Assembly: GCA_052168235.1 (NCBI GenBank)
Contig: JBQLZK010000001.1
Span: 64,001-128,000, forward strand
Direction of reading: 5' to 3'
Origin: Thainema sp.
GTDB lineage: Bacteria > Cyanobacteriota > Cyanobacteriia > Phormidesmidales > Phormidesmidaceae
DNA: 64,000 bases
Shown here in pieces: positions 51,522-61,634 of the stretch. Each line of letters opens with the position of its first letter. The stretch's first letter is position 1. The notes under the pieces were generated by a model. It did not search any database. It was not told the origin of the DNA and worked only from the letters and a program-made list of their open reading frames with translations. The position numbers were made by a program, and so were the translations under genes.

Positions 51522-52198
51522 GTCTGCGGAGTACCTTAGTGTTTTGGAGTTCAATCATCGTTGAATTTATTCTCGGCAGAATGACCAATCGAAACCATCG
51601 TTGTTTTACGGGACTCTCACCCCTCATTTCGGCCTGATTCAGAGGAAACACGTATAATTTCGGAAAACCGCACTCAAACTGCTTAACATTTCGCAACAAT
51701 TGAAGTAGCAAAAGCATAATATCGTTAAGCAAATAGCTGCTAGTTATTGCTTACAATCCTTATTTCGCAAGGCTTTCACGCATCATCCATCGGATTTGAG
51801 TCGAAGCGCTAAAGACGAGCCGACCTTTTCCTTTTGCTTTGGGAAATTTGGGAAAGCGACTTGTGCTAGTTGGGTGACCTGTCTGGATAACCCTATAGTG
51901 CCCGCATAAACTGTTAAAATCGCGACCAAAATTGCGATTGTGTCGTGCCGCAGCTTCTAAGGTTAAGCCAGATCTTAGACGTAGCTCTCAATAGGGTTGT
52001 TCGTTCTCCTAGCGGCTTAGATGGTGACGCAGGATTAAAAAACGAATTAGACGGATTTAAGCTTGATGAGGAGAAGGTTATGTTTTGTTTAGGCGTAACC
52101 TAGTGGTCTTAAAGATTAACGTTCTGATCAAGTGTTGTTGAACAGAAAATAGCAAGTCCTTAATATTTCCATGAAAACCTAACAGGTGTTGTCTAAGA

Positions 52199-55100
52199 GT
52201 GCATAGCACAAACACCTCAGTTATGGCCACTTTAAACGGATTTGCGTCATTGCCCGCCGATACATTTGCCGATGGGCCACCGTCGGGTACCGATAATGGA
52301 GCAATCGATGCGATCGCACGTATCCAGCCTGTGTCGGGTAACGGTCGCACTGGCCCCTTTGACGGTCAGCCCGTGCAGGGATTTAGCGGTGTGCAGTTTG
52401 CCCCCAGCGGTACGGGCGATACGTTCTGGTTCCTGTCGGATAACGGTTTTGGCAATGAAGCTAACAGCACCGACTACCTGCTGCGGATTTATCAGGCTGC
52501 TCCCAGCTTCAGCGGTAACGGTGGGGACGGCAGCGTTGAAATTGAGGGCTTCGTCCAGCTCAGCGATCCAAACGGCCTGATTCCGTTTGAGATTCAAAAC
52601 GGCGATACCTCCGAGCGGCTGCTCACGGGTACGGATTTCGATATTGAATCGTTTGTGATTGATGGCAACGGCGATATTTGGGTCGGTGACGAGTTCGGCC
52701 CCTTCATCCTGCACTTCAACAGCAGCGGTGAACTACTGGCAGCACCAATTCCCACGCCCAATCCGGTTGAGTTGAATACCCTGAATAGCCAAGATCCGCT
52801 CGTCATCGGCCACCGGGGGGCCAGCGGTGATTTTCCAGAGCATACGTTAGAGGCATACCGAGCCGCGATCGCAGCTGGGGCTGATTTTGTTGAACCTGAC
52901 TTGGTGATCACCAGTGATGGAGTGCTAATTGCCCGCCACGAGCCGCTCCTGGACGACACCACCAACGTTGCCGAGGTGTTTGGCCCGGAGCGGATGTCCA
53001 CTAAAATGCTGGACGGAGTAGAAGTCACGGCCTACTTTGCCGAAGATTTTACTCTAGAGGAAATCAAGAAGCTACGAGCCGTACAGTCCCGCGATGGCCG
53101 CGATCCAGCCTTTGACGGGCTGTTTGAGATTCCGACGTTCCAAGAAGTAATTGAGCTGGTGCAGCAGGTGGAAGCTGAAACGGGCGTCCAGGTTGGTATC
53201 TACCCGGAAACCAAGCACCCCACCTTCTTTGATCAGCAGGGGCTGTCGCTGGAAGAGCCGCTGATTGAAACGCTACAGGCAACGAGCTTCACTGACCCCA
53301 ACCGCATCTTCATTCAGTCCTTTGAGTTCCAAAACCTGATTGAGCTACAGGGCATGCTGGATGCAGAGGGTTTGGGCGATATTCCGCTGGTGCAGCTCTA
53401 TGGCAGCACGCTACCGGATGCGCCCGTGGATGATGGGTTCTCGGCTCCCTACGACATTCGCTTCAACGTTGAGCAAGGTAACGACCTGGAGGCCATCTAC
53501 AGCGCGGATTTCCTGGCAGCAGCGAAAAATCCACTATCGACCACAACGGTTTACAGCGATCTCGATAGCCCAGAATTCCTGCAGGTGATCAGCGATCTCT
53601 ATGCCGAAGGTGCTGGCCCCTGGAAAAACAACATTTTGCTGCGCGAGAGCCTGGATACGCCTGTCGATGGCAATGGCGATGGCGTGGCTGAAATCACGAC
53701 GCAGCTGACGGGCGAGATTACCTCATTCATTGACGATGCCCATGCCGCTGGGCTGCAGGTGCATCCCTACACGCTGCGGGATGAAGAGCCGTTCCTGACG
53801 CTGAATCCGGACGGCACGCCGCAAACCCCAGAACAGGAGTTTGAGCAGCTGATCGAGATTGGGGCGGACGGCTTCTTTACCGACTTTCCTCGCACGGGTG
53901 ATCCGGTGCGCGATCGCATTGTTGCCGATGAAGTCCGCTCTCCCCAAAATCCGGACTTTGACTTCAATACGCTCAACGGTCAAACGCCGCTGGTCATTGC
54001 CCACCGGGGTGCCAGCGGTGACTTTCCAGAGCACACCCTGGAAGCCTATCGCCTGGCGATTTACCAGGGAGCCGACTTCGTTGAGCCAGATTTAGTGATC
54101 ACAAAGGATGGGGTGCTAATTGCCCGCCACGAGCCGCTCCTGGACGACACCACCAACGTTGCCGAGGTGTTCGGCCCGGAGCGGATGTCCACCAAGATTC
54201 TAGACGGTGAAGCAGTTACCGCTTACTTTGCCGAAGACTTCACGCTGGCTGAAATCAAGCAGTTGCGAGCTGTGCAGCCTCGTTCCAATCGGAATCAGGA
54301 GTTCAATGGTGAGTTCGAAATTCCCACCTTTGCCGAAGTCATCCAACTGGTGCAAGAGGTCAGCGCGGCAGTGGGTCGCAACATCGGCATCTACCCCGAA
54401 ACCAAGCATCCCACCTTCTTTGATGAGCAGGGGCTATCGCTGGAAGAGCCGCTGGTGCAAACGCTGCTTGATACCGGATTCACTAATCGCGATCGCATTT
54501 TTATCCAGTCGTTTGAAGTCGCTAATCTGATTGAGTTACGCAATGAGCTTCTGCCTGCGGCGGGACTGGATGATCTGCAACTGGTGCAGCTTTTCGGCGA
54601 TATCGAAGATACGTCGATTAACGCAGGTGGCGGCGGGTTTTCAGTTCCGTATGACTTTGTCGCCAATGCGGGCAAGTCTGAAACCGAACTGCGCCAGATC
54701 TACGGTGACTTAGTAGATCTGATTGATTTCTCCGCCGCTCCTACCTATCAGGATCTGGCTAATCAAGCAGTCATTGACTTTATTAGTTCCTACGCCGAAG
54801 GTCTTGGCCCCTGGAAAAACAGCATCCTGCTGCGGGAACCGTTGGCGACTCCAGTGGACGGCGACGGCGATGGCGTCGCTGAGATCACCACGCAGCTCAC
54901 GGGTGAAATCTTTCCGCTGATTGACTTTGCCCACAATGCCGGATTACAGGTGCATCCCTACACGCTGCGGGATGAAGAGCAGTTTCTGACACTGGATGCA
55001 GACGGCAATCCCCAAACCACAGGCGATGAGTTCCGACAGCTCATTGAAATTGGCGCAGACGGCTTCTTTACCGATTTTCCAGAAACCGGACGAATCGTTC

Positions 55101-56248
55101 TAGAACAGTACGAGACGGCAGAAGAGTTTGCCAACCTCGGCGGTTCGCGCGGCTACGAAGGCATGGCGTTTAGCCCCGATCGGCTGACGCTCTACCCCAT
55201 GCTGGAAGGTACCGTCTTTGGCGATCCAGTCGGCTCATTACGGATCTATGAGTTTGATGTCACCACCCGTTCATTCGTTGACATCGTCGGTCTCTACCAG
55301 ATGGAGGCCACAAACCACGCCATTGGAGACTTTACGCCGATCAACGAGAATGAATATCTGGTGATTGAGCGGGATAATAATCAGGGTGCAGGCGCGGAGT
55401 TCAAGAAAATCTTCAAGGTCGATCTGTCTCAGGTGGATGAAGACGGGTTCGTCGAGAAAACCGAAGTGGTTGATCTGCTCAGCATTGCTGACCCCAATGA
55501 CCTGAATGGCGATGGTGACACCACGTTTACCTTCCCCTTCGTCACGATTGAAGACGTGCTGGTAATTGACGAAAGCACCATTTTGGTGGCGAACGATAAT
55601 AACTATCCGTTTTCTATCGGTCGCGATTTCTCTGGTCAGGAAATTGACAACAACGAGATTATTCTAATTGGTCTCGATAACCCGCTGGATCTGGATTTGC
55701 GGCTGGGATCAGCATCCCTCACGCGGGACATCACTCAGGGATCGCGCGAGGCCGATATCCTAGCAGGCGGCACTGATGGCGATGACGTCATGTTTGGCAG
55801 CGATGGCGACGATATCCTGCGCGGTGACCTCAATTCATCGAACTCTCAAAATGGCATTGGCGACAATGACACCATCTTTGGCGAAGGCGGCAACGACAGG
55901 ATCGGCGGCAAAGGCGGTAACGACTCGCTGTTTGGCGGTGAAGGCAATGACAAGATCTGGGGCGATGATGGCGATGACCTACTGCACGGTGGTCTCGGCA
56001 GCGATCGCTTAATGGGTGATTCTGCCGGAGGCCACGGTAGCGACACCTTCGTCCTCGCCTTAGGTGAAGGCACAGACCGAATTGTAGACTTTGAAGTGGG
56101 CACGGACTTCATCGGTTTGGCGGATGGTCTAGAGTTTGGCGTACTGTCCTTTGCTGGAAACGCCATTTTAGCGGGTAGCGAAACGCTAGCTATCCTGAAT
56201 GGCGTAAATACCACAACCCTGAGTGAACTATCATTCGTGGTGGTTTAG
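52199..56248 (+). CDS. Secreted multidomain phosphoesterase: split phytase-like domain, two glycerophosphodiester phosphodiesterase domains, RTX tail
   Basis: QPVQGFSG, LSDNGFG, GDEFGP, GYEGMA, NDNNYP (phytase-like); two HRGASG..PEHTL..EPDLV..YPETKHP..DGFFTDFP domains; GGxGxD repeats. Confidence 0.88.
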   Translation: MHSTNTSVMATLNGFASLPADTFADGPPSGTDNGAIDAIARIQPVSGNGRTGPFDGQPVQGFSGVQFAPSGTGDTFWFLSDNGFGNEANSTDYLLRIYQAAPSFSGNGGDGSVEIEGFVQLSDPNGLIPFEIQNGDTSERLLTGTDFDIESFVIDGNGDIWVGDEFGPFILHFNSSGELLAAPIPTPNPVELNTLNSQDPLVIGHRGASGDFPEHTLEAYRAAIAAGADFVEPDLVITSDGVLIARHEPLLDDTTNVAEVFGPERMSTKMLDGVEVTAYFAEDFTLEEIKKLRAVQSRDGRDPAFDGLFEIPTFQEVIELVQQVEAETGVQVGIYPETKHPTFFDQQGLSLEEPLIETLQATSFTDPNRIFIQSFEFQNLIELQGMLDAEGLGDIPLVQLYGSTLPDAPVDDGFSAPYDIRFNVEQGNDLEAIYSADFLAAAKNPLSTTTVYSDLDSPEFLQVISDLYAEGAGPWKNNILLRESLDTPVDGNGDGVAEITTQLTGEITSFIDDAHAAGLQVHPYTLRDEEPFLTLNPDGTPQTPEQEFEQLIEIGADGFFTDFPRTGDPVRDRIVADEVRSPQNPDFDFNTLNGQTPLVIAHRGASGDFPEHTLEAYRLAIYQGADFVEPDLVITKDGVLIARHEPLLDDTTNVAEVFGPERMSTKILDGEAVTAYFAEDFTLAEIKQLRAVQPRSNRNQEFNGEFEIPTFAEVIQLVQEVSAAVGRNIGIYPETKHPTFFDEQGLSLEEPLVQTLLDTGFTNRDRIFIQSFEVANLIELRNELLPAAGLDDLQLVQLFGDIEDTSINAGGGGFSVPYDFVANAGKSETELRQIYGDLVDLIDFSAAPTYQDLANQAVIDFISSYAEGLGPWKNSILLREPLATPVDGDGDGVAEITTQLTGEIFPLIDFAHNAGLQVHPYTLRDEEQFLTLDADGNPQTTGDEFRQLIEIGADGFFTDFPETGRIVLEQYETAEEFANLGGSRGYEGMAFSPDRLTLYPMLEGTVFGDPVGSLRIYEFDVTTRSFVDIVGLYQMEATNHAIGDFTPINENEYLVIERDNNQGAGAEFKKIFKVDLSQVDEDGFVEKTEVVDLLSIADPNDLNGDGDTTFTFPFVTIEDVLVIDESTILVANDNNYPFSIGRDFSGQEIDNNEIILIGLDNPLDLDLRLGSASLTRDITQGSREADILAGGTDGDDVMFGSDGDDILRGDLNSSNSQNGIGDNDTIFGEGGNDRIGGKGGNDSLFGGEGNDKIWGDDGDDLLHGGLGSDRLMGDSAGGHGSDTFVLALGEGTDRIVDFEVGTDFIGLADGLEFGVLSFAGNAILAGSETLAILNGVNTTTLSELSFVVV

Positions 56249-56347
56249 GATTTGCCTAAACTGCTGAGATCAAGACGTTGATCACCAATTCATAAACTCG
56301 CAATACGATTCTGGGGGGCACGGCGACGCCGTGCCCCTGTACTTTAT

Positions 56348-56457
56348 CTCATACCGAACTCGACTAGAAAAAAGCCGAATTATTTTTTGTGAAAGTCAGG
56401 TTATGCCTGACTTTCACAAAAAATAAAGGCTGGATTTATGAGCAAATTTTGTATCAG
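56348..56457. mobile_element. MITE-like hairpin element
   Basis: Ends CTCATACC...GTATCAG; perfect 21-bp stem (56380-56400/56406-56426). Confidence 0.6.
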
Positions 56458-56492
56458 TCGTTCAATTCTAAAATTCAAGACATAATGTCTGA

Positions 56493-56533
56493 ATAAACCA
56501 GCCTTTAACTTCAACGACTCTAGTCTTTAACTT
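56493..56533 (+). promoter_or_regulatory. Putative SphR (Pho) box
   Basis: ATAAACCA (56493), TTTAACTT (56504) and TTTAACTT (56526) on an 11-bp register; consensus PyTTAAPyPy(T/A). Confidence 0.6.
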
Positions 56534-56643
56534 GAGCTGATATTGTCGTCTGCGGAGTGGAAACACCGAATCATCCAGTATTTTTCCTCACACCGAATAG
56601 GTTAAGTGTTTCTCCCTGATAAACGACATGTGAGCCCCTTCCT

Positions 56644-59600
56644 ATGACTGGTGAAATCCGTTTTGCAAGCTTCAATGCCTCTCTCAATCGTTCCAGTGCT
56701 GGCCAGTTAATTGACGACTTATCCACACCGAATAATGCTCAAGCTCAAGCCGTTGCTGAGATTATTCAACGCACTAATCCAGATGTGCTGCTGATTAACG
56801 AGTTTGACTACGACGAGAACGGCGAGGCAGCTGATTTATTTCGAAAAAATTATTTAGCAGTCAGCCAAAACGGTGTTGACCCGGTTGAATATCCTTACGT
56901 CTACATTGCACCTTCTAATACAGGCATTCCTTCGGGCTTTGATCTCAATAATGACGGCACAGTTGGTGGCCCGGATGATGCGTTTGGCTTTGGCTTTTTC
57001 CCTGGCCAGTTTGGTATGGTGGTTTACTCCAAGTACCCAATTGATGAAGCCAATGTGCGGACGTTTCAGAACTTTTTGTGGAAAGACATGCCAGGGGCGC
57101 TGCTGCCCGCCGATCCGGCAGATGTAGATGACAACGGCGATACGGCTAACTGGTATACCCCAGAGGAATTAGAAGCAGTTCGCCTCTCATCTAAAAGCCA
57201 CTGGGATATTCCAATTCAAGTCAATGGCGAAACCATTCACGTTCTGGCTAGTCATCCCACTCCGCCTGTATTCGATGGGCCAGAAGATCGCAACGGGACA
57301 CGCAACTTTGACGAGATTCGATTTTGGGCAGACTACATTGACGGAGCCAACTATATCTACGATGATGCCGGAAACTTCGGTGGTTTAGACTCCAATGCTC
57401 GCTTCGTTGTCATGGGCGATCAAAACTTCGATCCGTTTGATGGCGATAGCATTCTCGGTGCAATTCAGCAGCTTTTAGAAAATCCCCGCGTCAATACGAC
57501 GGTCACGCCGTCCAGCCTTGGTGGGCCAGATGCTACCAAGAGGCAGGGCAGCAATAACCTCAGTCATCTCAGCGATCCGGCTTACGACACGGCAGACTTT
57601 GGTGAAGCGGAGTTTGGTGGCCCTGGCAATTTGCGAGTTGACTATGTGTTGCCGTCCAATAACCTGGATATCGCTGAAGCATCGGTGTTCTGGCCAGAAG
57701 CAGGCGGTGAGAACTTTGATTTAGTAGGGGATTTCCCCTTTCCCAGTTCTGATCACCGATTGGTTTACGCTGATGTTGCGATCGCACGTCCTGGTTCTAA
57801 CCAAGATCGGGTTTCAGTAGATGGGGTTGAGTTTCTGGGTGAAGTCACCTTTGCGACGGGCACTGAGCTGAATGACACTGAAATTGGTGGACTGTCGGGG
57901 CTGACCTATGATGCAGCTCAGGGTGTGTACTATGCGCTATCGGATGACCGCAGTTCTGATGCTCGCTTCTATACGCTGGAGATTGATCTGAGTGACGGTA
58001 GCCTGGATGAGGGAGATATCGAGTTTGTAAGCGTAGCTCAACTTGCCGATGCAGCAGGCAATCCATTTGCTGATGGCACGTTAGATCCAGAAGGAATTGC
58101 GCTGACGGGAATTGGTACGCTCTACATCTCGTCTGAAGGAGATGCCAGCCAACTGATTGATCCATTTGTCAATCAGTTCTCGATTACCGGACAGCAGATC
58201 AGCGAGCTGCCCGTACCCGACACCTATTTACCGACTGCGGATCAGACCAGCGGCATTCGCAACAACCTGGCGTTTGAAAGCTTGACCATCACACCGGATC
58301 AGCGTTTCCTCTATACGGCTACTGAAAATGCGCTGTTTCAGGATGGCTCCGAGGCAACACTCGACACAGGCAGCCTCAGCCGCATTCTCAAATATGACCT
58401 CACCACTGGGGAACCTGTGGCCGAGTTTGTCTATGAAGTTGATGCCGTGCCCGATGTGCCCGTTTCGGCTGACGGCTTTACGACCAATGGCCTGGTTGAA
58501 TTACTCGCAATCGACAATAACGGCACCCTGCTAGCGCTGGAGCGCGGCTTTTCGGTTGGGGTTGGTAACACGGTCAAGCTCTATCAGGTGAACACCCAGG
58601 GGGCGCTGAATGTCCTGGATACCCCGGATCTGTTCCGGGAAGACTCTGTGGAAGACGATGGTGAAATTTTGCCGCCAGGGCCGTTTGAAGTTGATCCAGC
58701 TGTAACCAAGGTCGAACTGCTGGACATTGAAGCAGACTTAGGGATTGAGCCGGACAACATTGAGGGCATGACCTTGGGGCCTGTTTTACCCGATGGTCGC
58801 CAGTCTCTCATTTTGGTCAGCGACAACAACTTGAGTGATGCTCAAACGACCCAGTTTATTACTCTAGCTCTGGACTTGGAGACCACACCAGCGGCACAGC
58901 CAGTGGTTGAAACGCCGCTGACGGTTGACGATGAGGACGGTGCGACGCCGCTTCAAGGCGACTCCGACGATCCAGCGATTTGGGTGCATCCCACTGATCC
59001 CGCTCAAAGTGTGGTGCTGGCTACGCTGAAAGATGGTGGCTTGGTCAGCTTCGACCTAGAGAGCAATATCCTCGATACCTTTCGCCCCGATAACTATGGC
59101 GATATTCGCTATAACAATGTCGATTTGGTTTACGGCCTGGAGCGCCCGTCGATGCTGGGCGGCACAACGCCCGTTGATGTTGCTGTCATTAGCGATCGCG
59201 CCAATGATACGCTCGTTGTGCTGCAAATTGATCTGGAAACGGGAGATCTGACCGATGTTACTGCTCCCGATATGCTGGAAACCATCTTCGGCGTAGACGA
59301 TGGTGAAACGACGGCCTATGGCTTAGCGACCTATACCAGCCCAGTGACCGGAACGTCCTATGCGTTTGTCACTCAGGCCAGTGGTAACCAGGTTGCTCAG
59401 CTTGAACTGGTATCCTATCTAGGGCCAGCAGATCAGTTCTATGTCCGAGCCGAAGTAGTGCGGATGATTGATTTGCCTGTGCCAACAGGTGATCCAGTTG
59501 ATTCCCAGTCCGAAGGTTTAGTCGTTGATCAGGAAATGGGACTGCTGTACGTGGCCCTGGAAAACGAGATCGGCATCCTCAAATTTTTGGCTGAACCCGA

Positions 59601-60621
59601 TGGCGGCGATGACTACGCGGTTGTGCAATCGATTGGCGCAGACTATTTAGTACCCGACATTGAAGGACTAAACATCTACTACGGGCCTGACGGGACTGGC
59701 TATCTGATTGCTAACAGTCAGGGTGATTCGTCCTATGCCGTCTTCAGCCGCGAGGGCATGAACGAATATCTCGGCAGCTTTATCGTTGGCGGCAATGGCG
59801 ATATCGATCAGGTAAATGAATCGGATGGCCTGGACGTGAGCAACGTGCCACTCGGCCCTAACTTCCCGAATGGCTTGCTAGTGCTACAGGATGGTGCCAA
59901 CGATCCGCAGAATGTGGTCGAAGATGACACCGAGCTAGAAAACAACAGCACCAACTTCAAATTCGTTCCCTGGGAAAATGTGGCTAATACCTTCGACAAT
60001 CCGCTCTTAGTAGATCCCAGCAGTTATGACCCCCGTCATCCCCAAAGCCTGATCCGTAGCGGCACCAACGCAGATGACGAGCTAGAAGGCGATGGCAGTA
60101 ATATGACGCTGGCTGGCTACGCTGGAGACGATGCGATCGCAGGTGGCCTTGGTAACACAACTATTTTTGGTGGCGATGGGGATGATGTTTTGAGGGGCGA
60201 TCTCAACTCCCGTCAGTCCGGCGGTAGCGTTGGTGGCGACGACACTATATTTGGCGGCGACGGCGATGATCGGATCGGTGGTAAAGGCGGCAATGACTCA
60301 CTGTTTGGCGGTGCTGGCAATGACCAAATTTGGGGCGATGACGGTGATGACCTGCTGCGCGGCGGCCTTGGCAGCGATCGCTTAATAGGCGATTCCGCTG
60401 GTAGCCAGGGTAGCGATACCTTTGTCTTGGCGCTAGGTGAAGGCACAGACCGAATTGTGGACTTCGAAGTGGGCACGGACTTCATCGGTTTGGCGGATGG
60501 TCTAGAATTTGGCGCACTGACCTTTGCCGGAAATGCAGTTCTAGCTAATGGTGAAATGTTGGCCATACTGAATGGCATCAATACGGCAACATTGACTGAA
60601 TCATCATTTGTAGTGGTCTAG
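56644..60621 (+). CDS. Secreted multidomain protein: EEP nuclease/phosphatase, phytase-like domain, beta-propeller phytase, RTX tail
   Basis: ASFNASLNR, LLINEFD, SSKSHWD, SHPTPPVFDG, SSDHRLV (EEP); GGLSG, FESLT, SDNN; DDPAIWVHP, EGLVVD, NSQGDS, ESDG (phytase); GGxGxD repeats. Confidence 0.88.
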   Translation: MTGEIRFASFNASLNRSSAGQLIDDLSTPNNAQAQAVAEIIQRTNPDVLLINEFDYDENGEAADLFRKNYLAVSQNGVDPVEYPYVYIAPSNTGIPSGFDLNNDGTVGGPDDAFGFGFFPGQFGMVVYSKYPIDEANVRTFQNFLWKDMPGALLPADPADVDDNGDTANWYTPEELEAVRLSSKSHWDIPIQVNGETIHVLASHPTPPVFDGPEDRNGTRNFDEIRFWADYIDGANYIYDDAGNFGGLDSNARFVVMGDQNFDPFDGDSILGAIQQLLENPRVNTTVTPSSLGGPDATKRQGSNNLSHLSDPAYDTADFGEAEFGGPGNLRVDYVLPSNNLDIAEASVFWPEAGGENFDLVGDFPFPSSDHRLVYADVAIARPGSNQDRVSVDGVEFLGEVTFATGTELNDTEIGGLSGLTYDAAQGVYYALSDDRSSDARFYTLEIDLSDGSLDEGDIEFVSVAQLADAAGNPFADGTLDPEGIALTGIGTLYISSEGDASQLIDPFVNQFSITGQQISELPVPDTYLPTADQTSGIRNNLAFESLTITPDQRFLYTATENALFQDGSEATLDTGSLSRILKYDLTTGEPVAEFVYEVDAVPDVPVSADGFTTNGLVELLAIDNNGTLLALERGFSVGVGNTVKLYQVNTQGALNVLDTPDLFREDSVEDDGEILPPGPFEVDPAVTKVELLDIEADLGIEPDNIEGMTLGPVLPDGRQSLILVSDNNLSDAQTTQFITLALDLETTPAAQPVVETPLTVDDEDGATPLQGDSDDPAIWVHPTDPAQSVVLATLKDGGLVSFDLESNILDTFRPDNYGDIRYNNVDLVYGLERPSMLGGTTPVDVAVISDRANDTLVVLQIDLETGDLTDVTAPDMLETIFGVDDGETTAYGLATYTSPVTGTSYAFVTQASGNQVAQLELVSYLGPADQFYVRAEVVRMIDLPVPTGDPVDSQSEGLVVDQEMGLLYVALENEIGILKFLAEPDGGDDYAVVQSIGADYLVPDIEGLNIYYGPDGTGYLIANSQGDSSYAVFSREGMNEYLGSFIVGGNGDIDQVNESDGLDVSNVPLGPNFPNGLLVLQDGANDPQNVVEDDTELENNSTNFKFVPWENVANTFDNPLLVDPSSYDPRHPQSLIRSGTNADDELEGDGSNMTLAGYAGDDAIAGGLGNTTIFGGDGDDVLRGDLNSRQSGGSVGGDDTIFGGDGDDRIGGKGGNDSLFGGAGNDQIWGDDGDDLLRGGLGSDRLIGDSAGSQGSDTFVLALGEGTDRIVDFEVGTDFIGLADGLEFGALTFAGNAVLANGEMLAILNGINTATLTESSFVVV

Positions 60622-60883
60622 CCAGTTGCTCAAAATCAGCAATCCCAAAATTCCCATCAGTCAACCGAAAAATCAGCATCCATAAAAAGAAAGATACGGT
60701 TGAGAAAAACATTCCTCAATCGCACCTTTCTTTTTTATTTGTCGACATTTATATTTTCGATAGCACCTTTATTTTAACTTCATTTAACCTCAGCTTCACC
60801 TTGATCAGGCAAACTCAAATTGTTGTGAATAAGCATGACGATCTAATTACTTCTGCACTGTTCTAACTGCTACTTTCTTACCG

Positions 60884-61429
60884 ATGGCTCTAGATAGATT
60901 TCCAATTTTCTGCTTAAGTCAGATATTTTGTCGTCAAATATTGAAAGCGATCGCAACAACAATCTTGGTGTATTGTTTGGCAGGAGGATATCAGCCAGCT
61001 AGGGCGCAGACAGATAGCATCACACTTGAAATTCCGGTTGATGGACAGGTTCCATACCACGATTTAATGAACCAGGCTGAGTTTCTATCAACGAATGCAA
61101 TCAGCCGCGAGTTTAGCCGAGACAACAGTCTTATGACAATCGAGGTCGTCGTTCTCGGTAATCGGCTCGGTGAAATTATTCCAATTCTGTCAACTACGGT
61201 TTCTCGCAACCAGTGGCAAGAAACTCCACAAGCGAGTACTTGGAGTCAGTACTATAACGCTTCCTATGCGCTGTTTCAGCGCCATGATCTTGGAGTAAAT
61301 GCAACCATAGCTCAGGCACCTAGCAGATCCGATATTTCAAATATTAGCGCTGTTCAGATTGACCGTGCTCTTGATGAAAGGCGGTTAACAGGAGAACAGG
61401 CGCAGCAATATTTGGATGACTTAGATTAG
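60884..61429 (+). CDS. Secreted hypothetical protein
   Basis: Signal peptide ending ARA-Q; plausible 181-aa ORF inside the phosphate cluster. Confidence 0.7.
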   Translation: MALDRFPIFCLSQIFCRQILKAIATTILVYCLAGGYQPARAQTDSITLEIPVDGQVPYHDLMNQAEFLSTNAISREFSRDNSLMTIEVVVLGNRLGEIIPILSTTVSRNQWQETPQASTWSQYYNASYALFQRHDLGVNATIAQAPSRSDISNISAVQIDRALDERRLTGEQAQQYLDDLD

Positions 61430-61634
61430 CTAATATCAAGCCTAATCAATAATTGGGAGTGAGATATATCGTTGCTCCCAGTCACTTAAAAGCTTTTCTA
61501 GTTTAGATATGCAGATTTAGGGTTTAGTAAAACCTAAATTCTGATCGATTTTTTCAATAGTATCGAGCTAGAAAAGATGCGATTTCCGTTTGCTGTTATT
61601 TATAACCAAGGCAATATTTGAGAGGAGAACATCA

